From Octopus sinensis (Eukaryota): a stretch of DNA of 64,000 bases. The stretch spans positions 61,070,001 to 61,134,000 of the forward strand of contig NC_043004.1 in assembly GCF_006345805.1 (NCBI RefSeq). The letters run 5' to 3'. Both the position numbers and the translations under genes were made by a program. Below are positions 1 through 13,262 of the stretch, in pieces. Under the pieces are notes generated by a model, which was given only the letters and a program-made list of their open reading frames with translations, was not told the origin of the DNA and made no database searches. Position 1 is the first letter of the stretch; each line of letters starts with the position of its first letter.

Positions 1-161
1 GAGTGGCTGTGTGGTAAGTAGCTTGTTTACCAACCACATGGTTCCGGGTTCAGTCCCACTGCGTGGCACCTTGGGCAAGTAAGTATCTTCTACTATAGCC
101 TCGGGCCGACCAAAGCCTTGTGAGTGGATTTGGTAGACGGAAACTGAAAGAAGCCGTCGTA

Positions 162-217
<56 letters not shown>

Positions 218-436
218 TGTGTGTGTGTTTGTGTGTCTGTGTTTCTACCCCTAGCATTGCTTGACAACCGATGCTGGTGTGATTATGTACCCGTTACTTA
301 GCGGTTCGGCAAAAGAGACCGATAGAATAAGTACTGGGCTTACAAAAGAATAAGTCCCGGGGTCGAGTTGCTCGATTAAAAAGGCGGTGCTCCAGCATGG
401 CCGCAGTCAAATGACTGAAACAAGTAAAAGAGTAAA
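1..436 (+). mobile_element. tRNA-derived SINE, family A (central (TA)n/(TG)n tract), truncated by window start
   Basis: A box-like TGGCTGTGTGG, B box-like GGTTCAGTCCC, and 3' tail ...GGCGGTGCTCCAGCATGGCCGCAGTCAAATGACTGAAACAAGTAAAAGAG; near-identical to copies at 7219, 27064 and 52469. Confidence 0.9.
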
Positions 437-605
437 GGGTAGATGCTGTATAGTGAAACTGTACACACTTCTTCCGGTAAAAAGTGGTAGTTACCAGCAG
501 TTATAAATAAACCAGTTGTCGTTCGATAGGAGAAGATAAGAGAGGTCGAGAGTACCGAGAGGACGTGTAGACTGTGTGTATAGTTGTGTCTGTGCTGATA
601 TAGTA

Positions 606-963
606 TTGGGTGTCCGGAAAGTTCGTGCCGATTTTTAAAGGAAAGCAAAAGGTCAATAAATACTTGCCATTACATTTTTAATCAACTAAATATAAACCAT
701 TTTATTGCACAATGCATCTCCATCTTTCCTTTAATTTGAAAATACCCTATTCCTAGAACAGAGGTGGTGTCTAATGCAAAGACTTCATCAAGGTATCTTT
801 TAACGTCATCCAAGGAATTGAAATTTTTACTGTTAAGACTATTCTGCAGAGACGTGAATAAGTGGAAATCCGAAGGAGCAATATATGGTGAATATGGAGG
901 GTGGGGTAACATAGTCGAAAGCTAAGCTACTGTAAATCGACACAAACTTTCCAGACAACCCAA
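606..963 (-). mobile_element. Internally deleted, non-autonomous mariner element
   Basis: ~29-bp imperfect TIRs (606-634 TTGGGTGTCCGGAAAGTTCGTGCCGATTT; 934-963 reverse complement), TA at 604-605 and 964-965, transposase C-terminal fragment inside. Confidence 0.9.
682..912 (-). pseudogene. Mariner transposase C-terminal fragment
   Basis: HPPYSPYIAPSDFHLF matches the mariner HPPYSPDLAPSDFHLF motif, with the catalytic D replaced by Y; frameshifted tail. Confidence 0.85.
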
Positions 964-3036
964 TAATTATACTGTGATACTGAGTGGATGTTATAACCAT
1001 CCAACCATTTGAGGATAATACAGTACGACTGGGAGTCGTACAGTGCGAGCTAGAACCATTCGATCGACTATGTCGGAATATAGCAATATCTACTAGAGTG
1101 ACAATTGACGTCAAAAGACAGGTAGAACAGTAGCGAAAGGCCGCTTTACAACAACGGTACACTGTATCTGAGAAATAACGGGTGTTATAATACTTTTGGA
1201 ATTGTTTTTATTATATGCCTGTTGATAAGCAACAACATAACAACAATGGCGAAGACAAAATGATCCAGTATGTGAAGAATTATCTTCATTGCTTGCAACA
1301 ATGTATGGATCGCACAGACTGAGTGCATTAAGTTTATTTGTTTCAAGAATCATTGAGACAGCTTCTTTGTTTTTCGTCCATTTGCTTGGTATAGAAGCTA
1401 ATTCTCATTTATACTGCACCCCATTCACTTAAATGCAGGAAAGAATAAAATAACTAATGTAATTATAGATACGTTTGAATTTGATACAAGTGAGTAAAGT
1501 CAGTAGATATTTAATTAAAAAATTCACAAAGCGAGTTTTGACTCGGTAAAACTATAAATAAAAGAGAAAGGATACAGATAATGTATTCATTGATACTGTA
1601 TGGTTAAATAAATAAAGCTTAATCATCAAACGGTTTCGAATACAAATATGCTTATTTTCAGGCCTGAACAAAATAAACTTTTGTGACTTCTCTTCTCTTG
1701 GAGTAGAATATTAACGGTATGTTCTGATTTTGTATTCTTCCTTTTGTGTAGAGAGGATTATAGAGTAGACATTGTAATGTGGTTAAAACTTTTCTTTAGA
1801 ATTACATCGTTCCAGGTTCGATCTTAAATTGAGGCACTTTAGCTAAGTGTCTCTTACCATTGCTCTTTGTCAGCTGAAGTATTATAAACTTAATTTATTT
1901 AAAGTAGATGGATATAGTGCGGGTACTCGCCATGTGGACGATACTTGTATCACTTTTAGTATGTCAGACTTAATCTATCACCAGATAATGACATCAATGT
2001 ATCTACGGGTGCCAGTCAATAACTCCACTTCGTGGAAAGCATTCGATCGATGCCTCCAGTTTGAGGATAACTAGTTATTTCGTTGCACAACTTTCTATGG
2101 TGAGTAGGCCTATAATAAAATGGAATATTTTGACGTAACGTTCAAAATAGCTTGCGTAACGGAGTCAGAAATATATCAGTCCTGAAATTAAATTAGATGA
2201 CCATGGCTGGAATGTCTACGACGATAAGATATTTCATTCTGTGCCAGGCAAAACATATTGTTTTCTCGTCGTTGTCATTCGTATTCTGCGAAAAAGAGCG
2301 AAGTTGCCGAGTTTTTAGGGTGTCGAATAAAATTTGTTTCCGGGATTTTGTCCCGGTATGTTCAGAGTGCGAATCCCAACGAGTTCAACATTGCCTGACA
2401 TTCGTTTGTGCTCGATTATTAGGTCCATCTCTTTCCGCATTGCTCGCTTATTTCCCTGAAATGGCTACATTAATGAGATAAAATGTAAGTGTTTATATCG
2501 AGGTCCAACATTCATTTCCGCATCGTTTTGTGAACAGGCTATGTGAGAAAATGTGTAATTTGGAAGCTAACAAAGAAAGAGCCAAAGAATTGACAAAACT
2601 AGAGAGAAGAAACAGACTGTGAGTTGAAAAGACAGTGATAAATGGTGAAGAAAATAACAGGAGTAAAGTAGAAAACTTAGTCGCTAATACACATTAAAAT
2701 AAATTCAATTTAAACCTTATGAAGAAGAGTTGCATAAACTGCCTACCTGTGACATTGTAATCTGTATATGTTGGCTTTTTCAGTCATTAGACTGCAACCA
2801 TAATGCAGCATCTCCCCAAAGACTTTAGTCGAACAAATTAAACACAGTACTTATTTTTAATCGATGAACTACGAGCTCAGCAACAACCCAATACCGGTTG
2901 GCAAGCAGTGGAGGGGTTAAGCATAATCACAATAATTACATACGCACACAATCACACACACACACAGGCGCGCTCGCACACAATCACACACACACCACAG
3001 GCGCGCTCGCACACCCAGCCATACATGTATGGGTGC

Positions 3037-3099
<63 letters not shown>

Positions 3100-3354
3100 A
3101 TATGTATATATGTATGTATATATATAGTTATTCCAAACATGAACAAAGAGAAAGCACAACAACGCGAGGACGTGGAATAAGTATAGTGTTATTGGACGTT
3201 CAAGAAAGGAAAGAAAGAAGGAGGATTTCACATTTCGATCGGAACTCTTCGCCAGAAATATAGAAAAAAAAAGAAAAAGTCCAAGGAATGGAAGAAGGAG
3301 AAAAAATTGTCAACGATACACACGCGATCACATATTGAAACATATATATATGTA

Positions 3355-3402
<48 letters not shown>

Positions 3403-3593
3403 TATATATATATATATATTTATTTATTTATTTATTTAAATAGGTGAATGAATTATCCTATGTTTATCGTCAGCATGGAAAATTCGTTTAACCGAAACCT
3501 GGGTAGCAAATTCACGTCAGAAACACGGTTGAAGCGACCTGTCAAGGGTAGAAACTCCGGGTTCATGTGCAGAAATTTGTGTGTTGTATATGA

Positions 3594-4098
3594 ATAAATG
3601 AAAGAATGGAGTCGAACGAAGATGTTAACAAAATTCCTTTACTCTCGACATATGTTTCGAAGACAACATGGTTTCATTCCAAAGGAATAAATGGTGCATT
3701 ATGCAATCTTCTCATCAGGAAAGAAAAGGAGCCTCTCTCGACAACAGGACAAACAAACATTTCGATGTCTGCCTACATGGTAAACAAAACGATAATGAGT
3801 GTTTTTTTAAAAAAACCGTTAGAAGAATTGACGTCAAAGATAGATAGTAGGAAGAGAAGGGTTAAAGGAATAATAGGTAGGGAACAAGTGGAGAGGGAAG
3901 GGTACGTTGATTGAAAGAATGTTCGAAGGCTTAGGAAAGAATTTCGCTATTGAAGTGGGGTGGACGTGAAGCTAATTGTTCAAACCACAGCATAATGCAC
4001 CATTTATTCCTTTGGAATTAAACCATGTTGTCTTCGAAACATGTCGAGAGTAAAGGAATTTTGTTAACATCTTCGTTCGACTCCATTCTTTCATTTAT
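3594..4098 (-). mobile_element. PLE terminal fragment with ~110-bp inverted repeat (3594-3704 / 3990-4098)
   Basis: Arms are reverse complements with ~2 differences; contains an HHR motif; bordered by (TA)n. Confidence 0.8.
3635..3730 (-). ncRNA. Type I hammerhead ribozyme, canonical core
   Basis: Minus strand: UCCUUUUCUUUC-CUGAUGA-GAAGA...UCUUC-GAAAC-AUAU-GUC-GAGAGUAAAGGA. Stem I pairs 11 of 12, stem II GAAGA/UCUUC, palindromic stem III ACAUAUGU. Confidence 0.8.
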
Positions 4099-4114
4099 AT
4101 ATATATATATATAT

Positions 4115-5180
4115 AAGTTCAGTAAAAATTTAGATTCAGTTGAATATGGAACTTAAGTTAAAGGCACCAGAATTTAGTATAGTATTATCCATATAATTCA
4201 AAATGTGGTGATTATAATCAAAATAAGCAACAAGGATATCCAGAGGTAATGCAGTGCGATCGTTTCGTGCGACTCCATTTAATTGAACAATGAAAGTATT
4301 ACATCAGTTTTAAAATGTAGAGCAATCTTTCAGCTGCATAAAAATATAGAATTTAGTTAAATTTAAAAGATTAATTTTTATAGTTATTCCATTAACCAAA
4401 ATCAAAAAGAGGGTAAGACAGAGAACAAGTTTCATCAACAAAACATAGTAGTAACTGATATTTTTTCATGAAGACACTGCTTACCATTGATTTTACGTTG
4501 TTATTTAAATTTGCAACTAAGGGAGGGGATTTCTGACTCCTTTACGCAAGGTTATCTGGTCTAGTGGAAAAACAAGAATCTTTTTTTTTTTTAATAGAGA
4601 AAAAGACAGTTTAAGTGGCAGAGCCATAAATCAAGATCCCTTTGACGTAGAAACCATTTGGATCCAGTAGAATTTATTTCAGCCAAAAATAGCAGGCTAA
4701 AGCAGATGGGGTAGAGAGAGAGAGAGAGTAAAAACTTATAATACTTAACCATTTAACAGCCATAATCCCAATGGTGATTTGAAATAAATAGGTACATTTT
4801 AGAGAGTTTCTCAAAGAATCAGAATAACTTTAGCATTTTATACAACATAGGGATGGAGAATATAGAAATAATTTCATATTTATATAATGTTGTATATCAA
4901 TTTAATATAAAATTATAGTTAGTTAGTAAATAGTAATTTATTGGTATTAATGAGTTAAATTAAAGGAATATGTTAAAAATTTCATATATTTTCTACATGC
5001 TATTTACTTTAGAATATATTTCTTGTGTTATAAAAGAGATAGTGAATTATATCAGTATGGTTCTGTATAGGTTCAAAAGTGTAGTAAGTCCTACATACGA
5101 CAGTTTTGCAAAATTATTTCTGATTGAAAATATCATACATGCATGGAGTTTCGATTTTATGCACCTAACAAAGTATTATC
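4115..5180 (-). mobile_element. Decayed PLE 3' portion (GIY-YIG remnant plus HHR-bearing terminal repeat)
   Basis: Minus frame near 5050-5145 reads CMIFSIRNNFAKLSYVGLT (YVG motif); degenerate HHR at 4249-4339. Confidence 0.5.
4249..4339 (-). ncRNA. Degenerate hammerhead-like motif
   Basis: AUGCAG-CUGAAAGA...C-GAAAC-GAUC-GCA-CUGCAU: perfect 6-bp stem I, but the core has an extra A and the cleavage triplet is mutated. Confidence 0.5.
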
Positions 5181-7218
5181 GTTAAGCTGAAACTGTTCCT
5201 AATGTAAAAAGAAATGGAATGGTGAAACTATTTTTTCGTTTTCTGAAAAAGCAACGTTTTGAACTTGCGACATTTTCGCGTAATAGTAACGATATTATAT
5301 ATACAAATATATGAACATACACGAAGTCCTTCAACACAGTTTCCGACAACGAAATATACTCATAAGGCGTTTGTCGGCGGGGGCGGGGAGGGAAGAGTAG
5401 AAGCCAGTTGCCTAAGGTTCTGCGCAGTGGTATTGAACCCCAAAACATGCTTGTATAGTTAGTTTGTTAGCCATACATCGATATCTGTGCCTCTGTTAAC
5501 GATTTACTATTTTCTTGACAGAGATACTCTCCAAAGTTCCTTCTGCATATATTCACTTCGACCAAACCGTAAAGGAATTGCAACAGTATCATAACAGAAT
5601 TAATTCGTTCAACACCTTATATAAATAAAATGTGAATAAATAATGATATACAGATGAAACTGTTGATATTTTCTGCTTAAAAGTGTAGTTAATACGTTGA
5701 AAGAATGAAGATAATATATAGATAAAGAAAATATATGCGAAATGTATCATAATTAATTACTAAGCCCACAATATGTATGTCTTGTCTTTCTATATTTTGA
5801 TCTTCTTCACATTCCGACTTTTCTGACAAATATATCTGAATATTTGGTCCAAGGTTGAAAGAACTGAGCAAACGGAAATAACTTCTCATTAACATTTTCA
5901 CGTCGAACTACGAAGAAGCTGGATATACATTCATCTTTCGGAAAGCCATTACAAATCTATTTAAGCCTCGCTTTTCTGCCAACACGTTATTATATTTCAT
6001 ATATCCATCTGCTGTAATTCAATATGTATGATGCAATTCCCAGGGACATACACGCGCGCGCCCTTTCACACAGCGGTATAAGTTATTTATTATCGTTAGT
6101 GTACATATGGATGAATGCATGCCTACGAGTATGTGTGTGTGTGTGTACGCCTGTGTGAATATGATTACGTAACTGGTGTTAGTCTCTGCACCATTATTAA
6201 AGATATATTTGAAAAGTTGTTGAAAAAGATTATTATTGGAGAAAGAAATTGGAAAAGGTTCTTTAATATCATCGCATTTCTGTAATTCTATGATGAAATA
6301 TCACCAGCGTGATAAAGGTTGTTTGAGTTTATTACAAATTTGATAGAAGTTACGGAGTGAACGTCGAACACGAGGTCGAAGGGGTGACGGTTATAACTCG
6401 TCACAGGGGCTACTTTGTGTATATAACTTGAACACGTAGCTAATATCAAATAATTTAATTTTCATTTGCTCGGACTACATAAGTTTAAATAAGTTCTCTG
6501 TCTCTGGTACACCTAATACTGCAATGAACGAAAGCAGTATGTCTGCAGTAGTTTTGAATTACTTAAAAGTTTATGAGATATATAAAAATGGGATATATTT
6601 CAAGTTGCGATGCAGTGGAGTCTAACATACTGCACCTTTGTCGATGTTCGGAAAGACAGAGGGAGAGAGAAGGAGAGAAGCAAGAGAGAAAAAGAAGGGG
6701 CAGCAGGCGAAGAAGAATATTTGTGATGGGTGTCTTATGAGGGGATTTTTGAGCGGCATGAGAATATTACAAATAGAAGGAAGTAAAATGTAAGAATTTG
6801 GTCAGTAACAGTAAAAGGTGGTTAGGGTAGGGTTCTGGGATAAACGTGAGCAAGAAAGCTTGAGGAAAGGGACAAAGAAAGAAAAACAGTGTAACAAGAT
6901 TGATCAGACTAGGTGAGAGGACGTAAATGTACTGTCAGAAGTAGTCAGAGCGATAGACGTTCGCAGGAGAAAAATCGATTGTGCTGTTGGTTAAGTTTTG
7001 GGGAAGGAAACTGAAGTTTTAGGAATGGTATAGAGAACAGAGAGAAAAGGTAAGCTATGGAAATGATGGAAAGAGAGAGAGTGAGAGAGAGAGAGAGTGA
7101 GAGAAAGAAAGAGAAAGAGAGAGATTGTATGTATGTTTGTTTGTGAGAGTGTGTGTGTGAGAGAGAGGGTGAGAGAAAGAAACAAACAGACAGAGATTTG
7201 AAGTAAAATAGGACAATA

Positions 7219-7406
7219 GGCGCAGAAGTGGCTGTGTGGTAAGTAGCTTGCTAACCAACCACATGGTTCCGGGTTCAGTCCCACTGCGTGGCATCTTGGG
7301 CAAGTGTCTTCTGCTATAGCCCCGGGCCGACCAATGCCTTGTGAGTGGATTTGGTAGACGGAAACTGAAAGAAGCCTGTCGTATATATGTATATATATAT
7401 ATATAT

Positions 7407-7441
<35 letters not shown>

Positions 7442-7636
7442 TTGTGTGTCTGTGTTTGTCCCCCTAGCATTGCTTGACAACCGATGTTTACGTCCCCGTA
7501 ACTTAGCTGTTCGGCAAAAGAGACCGATAGAATAAGTACTGGGCTTACAAAGAATAAGTCCCGGGGTCGATTTGCTCGACTAAAGGCGGTGCTCCAGCAT
7601 GGCCGCAGTCAAATGACTGAAACAAGTAAAGAGTAA
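7219..7636 (+). mobile_element. SINE family A, full length
   Basis: Same head, central microsatellite and tail as 1-436. Confidence 0.92.
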
Positions 7637-8035
7637 TAAGTGTTACGTCTCCAAGAACTGAACATCTATATACGTTCACAACAATATATATACACATATT
7701 CACATCCACACACCTAAATATATAATTACATGCAGTTACATACATGGTAAAAGTCAACTCGTGACGGAGTGAAACCACTTCGTAGCTCAATAAGACTGCA
7801 AATGCATCCAGAGTCCAAGAAGTTTCTGTGCTTGAATTTGTCTTGAGTAGACAGAATGTTGCATAGCGCTTAACCTACATTTTAGCGTAATCAGCTATAA
7901 AAACGGTGGCAGGACAGAGGTTGAGACGTCCAGAAACCACCTGCATTTCAGGTTCTTTGTATAAGTTTACCTTCTTATTGAATGAAGTTTTAACGAGAAC
8001 TTCACTATCTCACTCCAGTATTTCACGTACTAATA

Positions 8036-8354
8036 GGAGCATTCCGTCGGTTACGACGACGAGGGTCCCAGCTGATGCGATCAACGGAAAAGCTTGTACG
8101 TGAAATTAATGTGCAAGTGGCTGAGTACTCCACAGACACTTGTATTCTTAACGTAATTCTCAGGAAGATTCAGTGTGACACAGAATGTGATAAGGTTGGA
8201 TTTTTGAAATACAGGTGCTACTTATTTTTGCCAGCAGAGTAGATTAGAGCAACATGAAATAAACTGTCTTGCTCAAGGACAGAACGCGTCGCCGAGAATT
8301 GAACTCATGACCTTACGATCGTGAATGCCCTAACCACTAAGCCACGCGCCTTCA
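8036..8354 (-). mobile_element. tRNA-derived SINE, family B variant
   Basis: Minus head GGCGCGTGGCTTAGTGGTTAGGG...GAGTTCAATTC, then CCTTGAGCAAGACA and tail ...CCCTCGTCGTCGTAACCGACGGAATGCT. Confidence 0.85.
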
Positions 8355-9345
8355 CATACTACTTAGCCTATAACTGGGACCCTAGCAGGTGCTCCGGCTC
8401 AGAGTAGACTTGGAAATAATAGCATCTAAACGGTGGTACCACACTCCTCAAAACATGGAACTCACCAATAAGGGCTCTACAGCCTGACGAAGTTTATACC
8501 CAGGACATACATACATACATACATGCAAGCAAGCATGCACATACACAAACATGCATACATACATACGCACATACATACACGCACACACATATGCATACAC
8601 ACACATAATCAAAAACATAAAATGCACTTGCATACACGCGTACATACTCGTATACATATTTAGACAAGCACGCACGCACCCAAGGAGTTCAGAGTAGCGT
8701 GGTATTTCATTCGCAGACGGATTTCGGAATTTATACCTCTACATTACTTATCCAAACAATGTATATATGCCGAGTGGTTGTTGAGAAAAGTAATGAGTTA
8801 GATAAAAGGAATGGGTGTGTTTATTGAACTATTTTTACTGTATAACGGCATTCATTATCTAATTCAACTCAAGCGTTACATTGTATTACTAGGCAGGGTA
8901 ACGATTCCATTTACTGCATTGAATAGAACACGGTCTTGCGGTAAGATGCATTATACGCATCGATATTCATATTCTTTAAAGTTTTTGTCTTAAATCCGGA
9001 GATTAAAGGACTCTGAAATTAATATATCGTTTTTGATGGCATAAAGACGTATTGACTTTATCACAAGATGTCTCAAAAATCAACCTAAGTTAAGCCTAGA
9101 TTACACGTATTAATGTGCTAAACACTTCTCTCCTGAATATGCGTTGTTGAAATTGGGGTGCATCTAATATACCTGTGCGTTTTCTATCCCATTAAATACG
9201 GTATCTATCCGTCATATACATTCACACGCATACGTGCACATACACACACACATGTATCTAAAGCAACTGAATATGTATTCACATATATCTATATCTATAT
9301 ATACATTTATATTTGTATGCGTACATATATATATATCTATATATA

Positions 9346-9758
9346 TACTCTTTACTCTTTTACTCTTTTACTTGTTTCAGTCATTTGACTGCGGCCATGC
9401 TGGAGCACCACCTTTAGTCGAGCAAATCGACCCCGGGACTTATTCTTTGTAAGCCCAGTACTTATTCTATCGGTCTCTTTTGACAAACCGCTAAGTGACG
9501 GGGACGTAAACACACCAACATCGGTTCTCAAGCAATGCTAGGGGGAAAACACAGACACAAATATACATTAACATATATATATATATATATATACATATAT
9601 ACGACGGGCTTCTTTCAGTTTCCGTCTACCAAATCCACTCACAAAGCTTTGGTCGGCCCGAGGCTATAGTAGAAGACACTTGCCCAAGATGCCACGCAGT
9701 GGGACTGAACCCGGAGCCATGTGGTTGGTAAGCCAGCTACTTACCACACAGCCACTCC

Positions 9759-9759
<1 letters not shown>
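9346..9759 (-). mobile_element. SINE family A, full length
   Basis: Reverse complement of the family A consensus. Confidence 0.92.
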
Positions 9760-9793
<34 letters not shown>

Positions 9794-9830
9794 TATATAT
9801 ATATTATATATATATATATTATATATATAT

Positions 9831-9861
<31 letters not shown>

Positions 9862-9967
9862 CTATATATATATATATATTATATATATATATACATATAC
9901 ATGTACTTATATGTATATCTATATATACATATATGTATATATACACACATATTTATTTGTACATCGT

Positions 9968-10258
9968 GAAAGCGAGTGGATTAGTGGTTAAGAAAGCCGG
10001 CTCACGATTGTAATATCGGCAGCAACGATTTCTGGTGGCGTGTTTTATCCTTCATACTGCTCTACTCTACTGAGCTGTCAAAAGTTAATTGTACCTGTAA
10101 TTCAAACGGCCAGCCTACTCACGTTTTTCGCCATATTGAATCTCGCTGAAAATTATGTTAAGGGTTCGCGTGTTTGTGGAGTGTCGAGCCACTTGCAAGT
10201 TAATGTTACGAGTAGGCTGTTCCTATGATCAGATCAACAGGAACGCTCGTCGTCGTAA
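9968..10258 (+). mobile_element. SINE family B, diverged
   Basis: Decayed tRNA head, GTTAAGGGT...TGTGGAGTG body and CGTCGTCGTAA tail. Confidence 0.7.
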
Positions 10259-10264
10259 TTTTTT

Positions 10265-10418
10265 CATTCTCTTGGTTTATTTTCTCTTATGCCTTTCTGT
10301 TGAAGAGCGTAGGCTCGAAACGTAAAATACTTTTTCATTTTCCCCGAGCGTCAAACTAATACACTTGCTTGTTGTCCATACACCTGTCTTCGTCTTTCGT
10401 TTTTCTATAAATTCCAGC
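10265..10418 (+). mobile_element. PLE terminal-repeat fragment with minimal HHR-like motif (10293-10327)
   Basis: CUUU-CUGUUGA-A-GAGC-GUAG-GCUC-GAAAC-GUA-AAA; same family as 18961-18996 and 31232-31269; ends in (TA)n. Confidence 0.7.
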
Positions 10419-10450
<32 letters not shown>

Positions 10451-10542
10451 ATATTATATATATATATATACATATACATATACATATATATTCATGCATA
10501 TATATATATATGTGTGTGTGTGTATCAATATATATATATATA

Positions 10543-10578
<36 letters not shown>

Positions 10579-12548
10579 CTCTTATGATTAAAAGTCAAAG
10601 ACAGTCCACATTTTGCAATGACAAACAGAAGACAAACTTACAAACTTAACACATGAAAACACACACACACTAGTGTATATAAGCACGAAAACACAGGGAT
10701 AGCCAGCTCCACGCATATACATACATTCTGACATATCCATTGTCTTCGTGTATTTGACATATGAAAGAATGGGCCATCACACTTCAGACAAGATTTGCAA
10801 TGATAAAGAAAAAAATAAATGCATAACTAAATCAAAGAAAGAAAACTCTGGAAAACGGACAGCACAAACGAAGTGTTGCTTTTATACTTGACAAATGTGT
10901 CTTTCTTTCAAGAGAATTTGGTAAAATAGTAACATTAGAGTTCTTTCAGAAAAGAATGTCGAAATTCATGGCAAAAGTCACTTCAATGACAAGCGTTTCT
11001 TTCTAGTAATATTTTGCTACAGTTCTTATAGTTATGTTTTTACTTTTGTATTTCTTACTTAATTTGAATCTTTTTAAATTCTTATGAATTACTTTGAAAA
11101 CAGTCCAGCATTTATTTACCACATTCTTATTTGCTACAAATCAATACTCCAGTGCAAGTTGGTAGTTTAGCCTGGTAGATGTATGTATGTATATATGCAT
11201 TAATGTATGAATGTATGTATGCATGTATATATACTTGCATGCATGCAGGTGTGTTTGTTAAAAGTATGTATGCCTGTCTTTGTAAATTTGAGCATATATG
11301 TATATGCAAACATTTTTATGTATGTATATATGTGTAATGAGCGGAGGGAAAACCGTTACACCGCCGAACGAAATGTTTTTTGCTATTTATTCCAGTTCGT
11401 ATATTCCAAGTGCAATTTTCAACCGGAGAAAGTTTGTTTTTTAATCCTTCAGGGATTCAGAGTATGAATATATACGAAAAAATAATGTATATATAACATG
11501 GACGATCGACAATATCGTCAGATCGGTAAACGAAGTGCTCTGTAGTATTTCAAGTATTTTTTTTGTTCAAAGCTTAATTGTTACCGAGGTTACCTCTGTC
11601 CTTCATGCTTCCAAGTTTGATAAAATAAAGTACGAGATTTGGCGATGAATAAGCGGAAATGTTAGTACTTTGGACAAAATATTTTGTAGATATCTATTCA
11701 AATTCTTTGTGTTCTGGTTGCACCTCAACGTTTTGATGCTATGTTGTATCAGATTCCACCTTTTCCATCGGCAACGCCTGTGGAATAAGGAAAGGAGACA
11801 TACCAATGTTAGTTTTTCATTGAAGAAACTTTGCGAAAAAATTTCAGTTACAGATATAAGACCTACCTTGATCGTCAGGGGTCATATATGTATGTATGCA
11901 TGCTCGTACGTGCGTATATATGAGGTATACAAGGGGAAGAGTTATGGGATTCGCTTTACAAGCACTAGATTATGATGTCGAAATCCGTCGTGGTAAATTG
12001 GACGATTAGCCTCAGGTTAAACCAAGCTTTCTAAATGAAAGTGTATTGACAGTGATTGTGCGGAAGCACATCCGATGGTTTATAGCAGTAATGCAAAGGT
12101 GTGGCCTTGTTATACATTTTGTTGTGGTGATTCCTCTTCAGAATTATTTGAATGATACATGGATGTGTGGAATATTCTGCTAATTCAGTTTGCAGGTAAT
12201 TCAATTTATCAAGCAACTGAATCCAAATCGTCGAAATTGACGGAAATCCATTTTCTTAATAGCATGCATGAACAAGTGCATGTGTATGTGTATATATGTA
12301 TGTATGGATGGATGGATGGATGGTTGGATTGATGGATACGTGCATGCATGCAGACACGGATGTGTGCATGTATGTATATGTTATGCATATATGTAGATAA
12401 GTATACATTTTCTTTGAGATTTGTTCAAATCCTTCTCAAATCATAAGCTCGAAACTAACAGTACTAAGCAACTTTGGTTTGAGTCCAGTAAACTCCAGCA
12501 TTTTGTGGATAAGTAACCGAATTGAAATAGTGTACATATGTAAGTGTT

Positions 12549-12947
<399 letters not shown>

Positions 12948-12971
12948 TGTATATATATGCGTGTGTGTGTG

Positions 12972-13262
12972 TGGAGGCGCGTGCGTTAGTGGTTAGAGTG
13001 TCAGCATCATGATCGTAAGATTGTGGTTTCGATTCCTGGACCGGGCGACGCGTTGTGTTCTTGAGCAAAACATTTCACTTCACGTTGCTCCAGTCCACTC
13101 AGCTGACAAAAATGAGTAGCAGCAACAACTGGTGGTTAAACATGCGATGGACCGGCGGCATGCTTAGTAGATAGTATAGTATTCTTAGTGGCTTATACGC
13201 AATGGAAGCAGGGATAAGATCCGGTCTTAATCAGGCTCTGAGTACGTGACAGACCGACGACC
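12972..13262 (+). mobile_element. SINE family B variant
   Basis: GGAGGCGCGTGCGTTAGTGGTTAG...GGTTTCGATTCC...TTGAGCAAAACATTTCACTTCACGTTGCTCCAGTCCACTCAGCTG. Confidence 0.75.

Larger units (their letters stand above)
2775..5492 (-). mobile_element. Old family A SINE split by ~2.3 kb of nested insertions
   Basis: Diverged 3' tail at ~2775-2930 and diverged tRNA head at ~5320-5492, same strand, separated by microsatellites and PLE fragments. Confidence 0.6.

Noticed and set aside
1625-1665. Weak HHR-like motifs (here, and at ~5243-5275 and ~19215-19258)
   Set aside because: Core and stems are too degenerate to separate from chance in AT-rich DNA.
6991-7470. Recurrent peptides such as FQSFDCGHAGAPP and DTCPRCHAVGLNPEPCGW
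   Set aside because: Translations of SINE family A copies, not a gene family.
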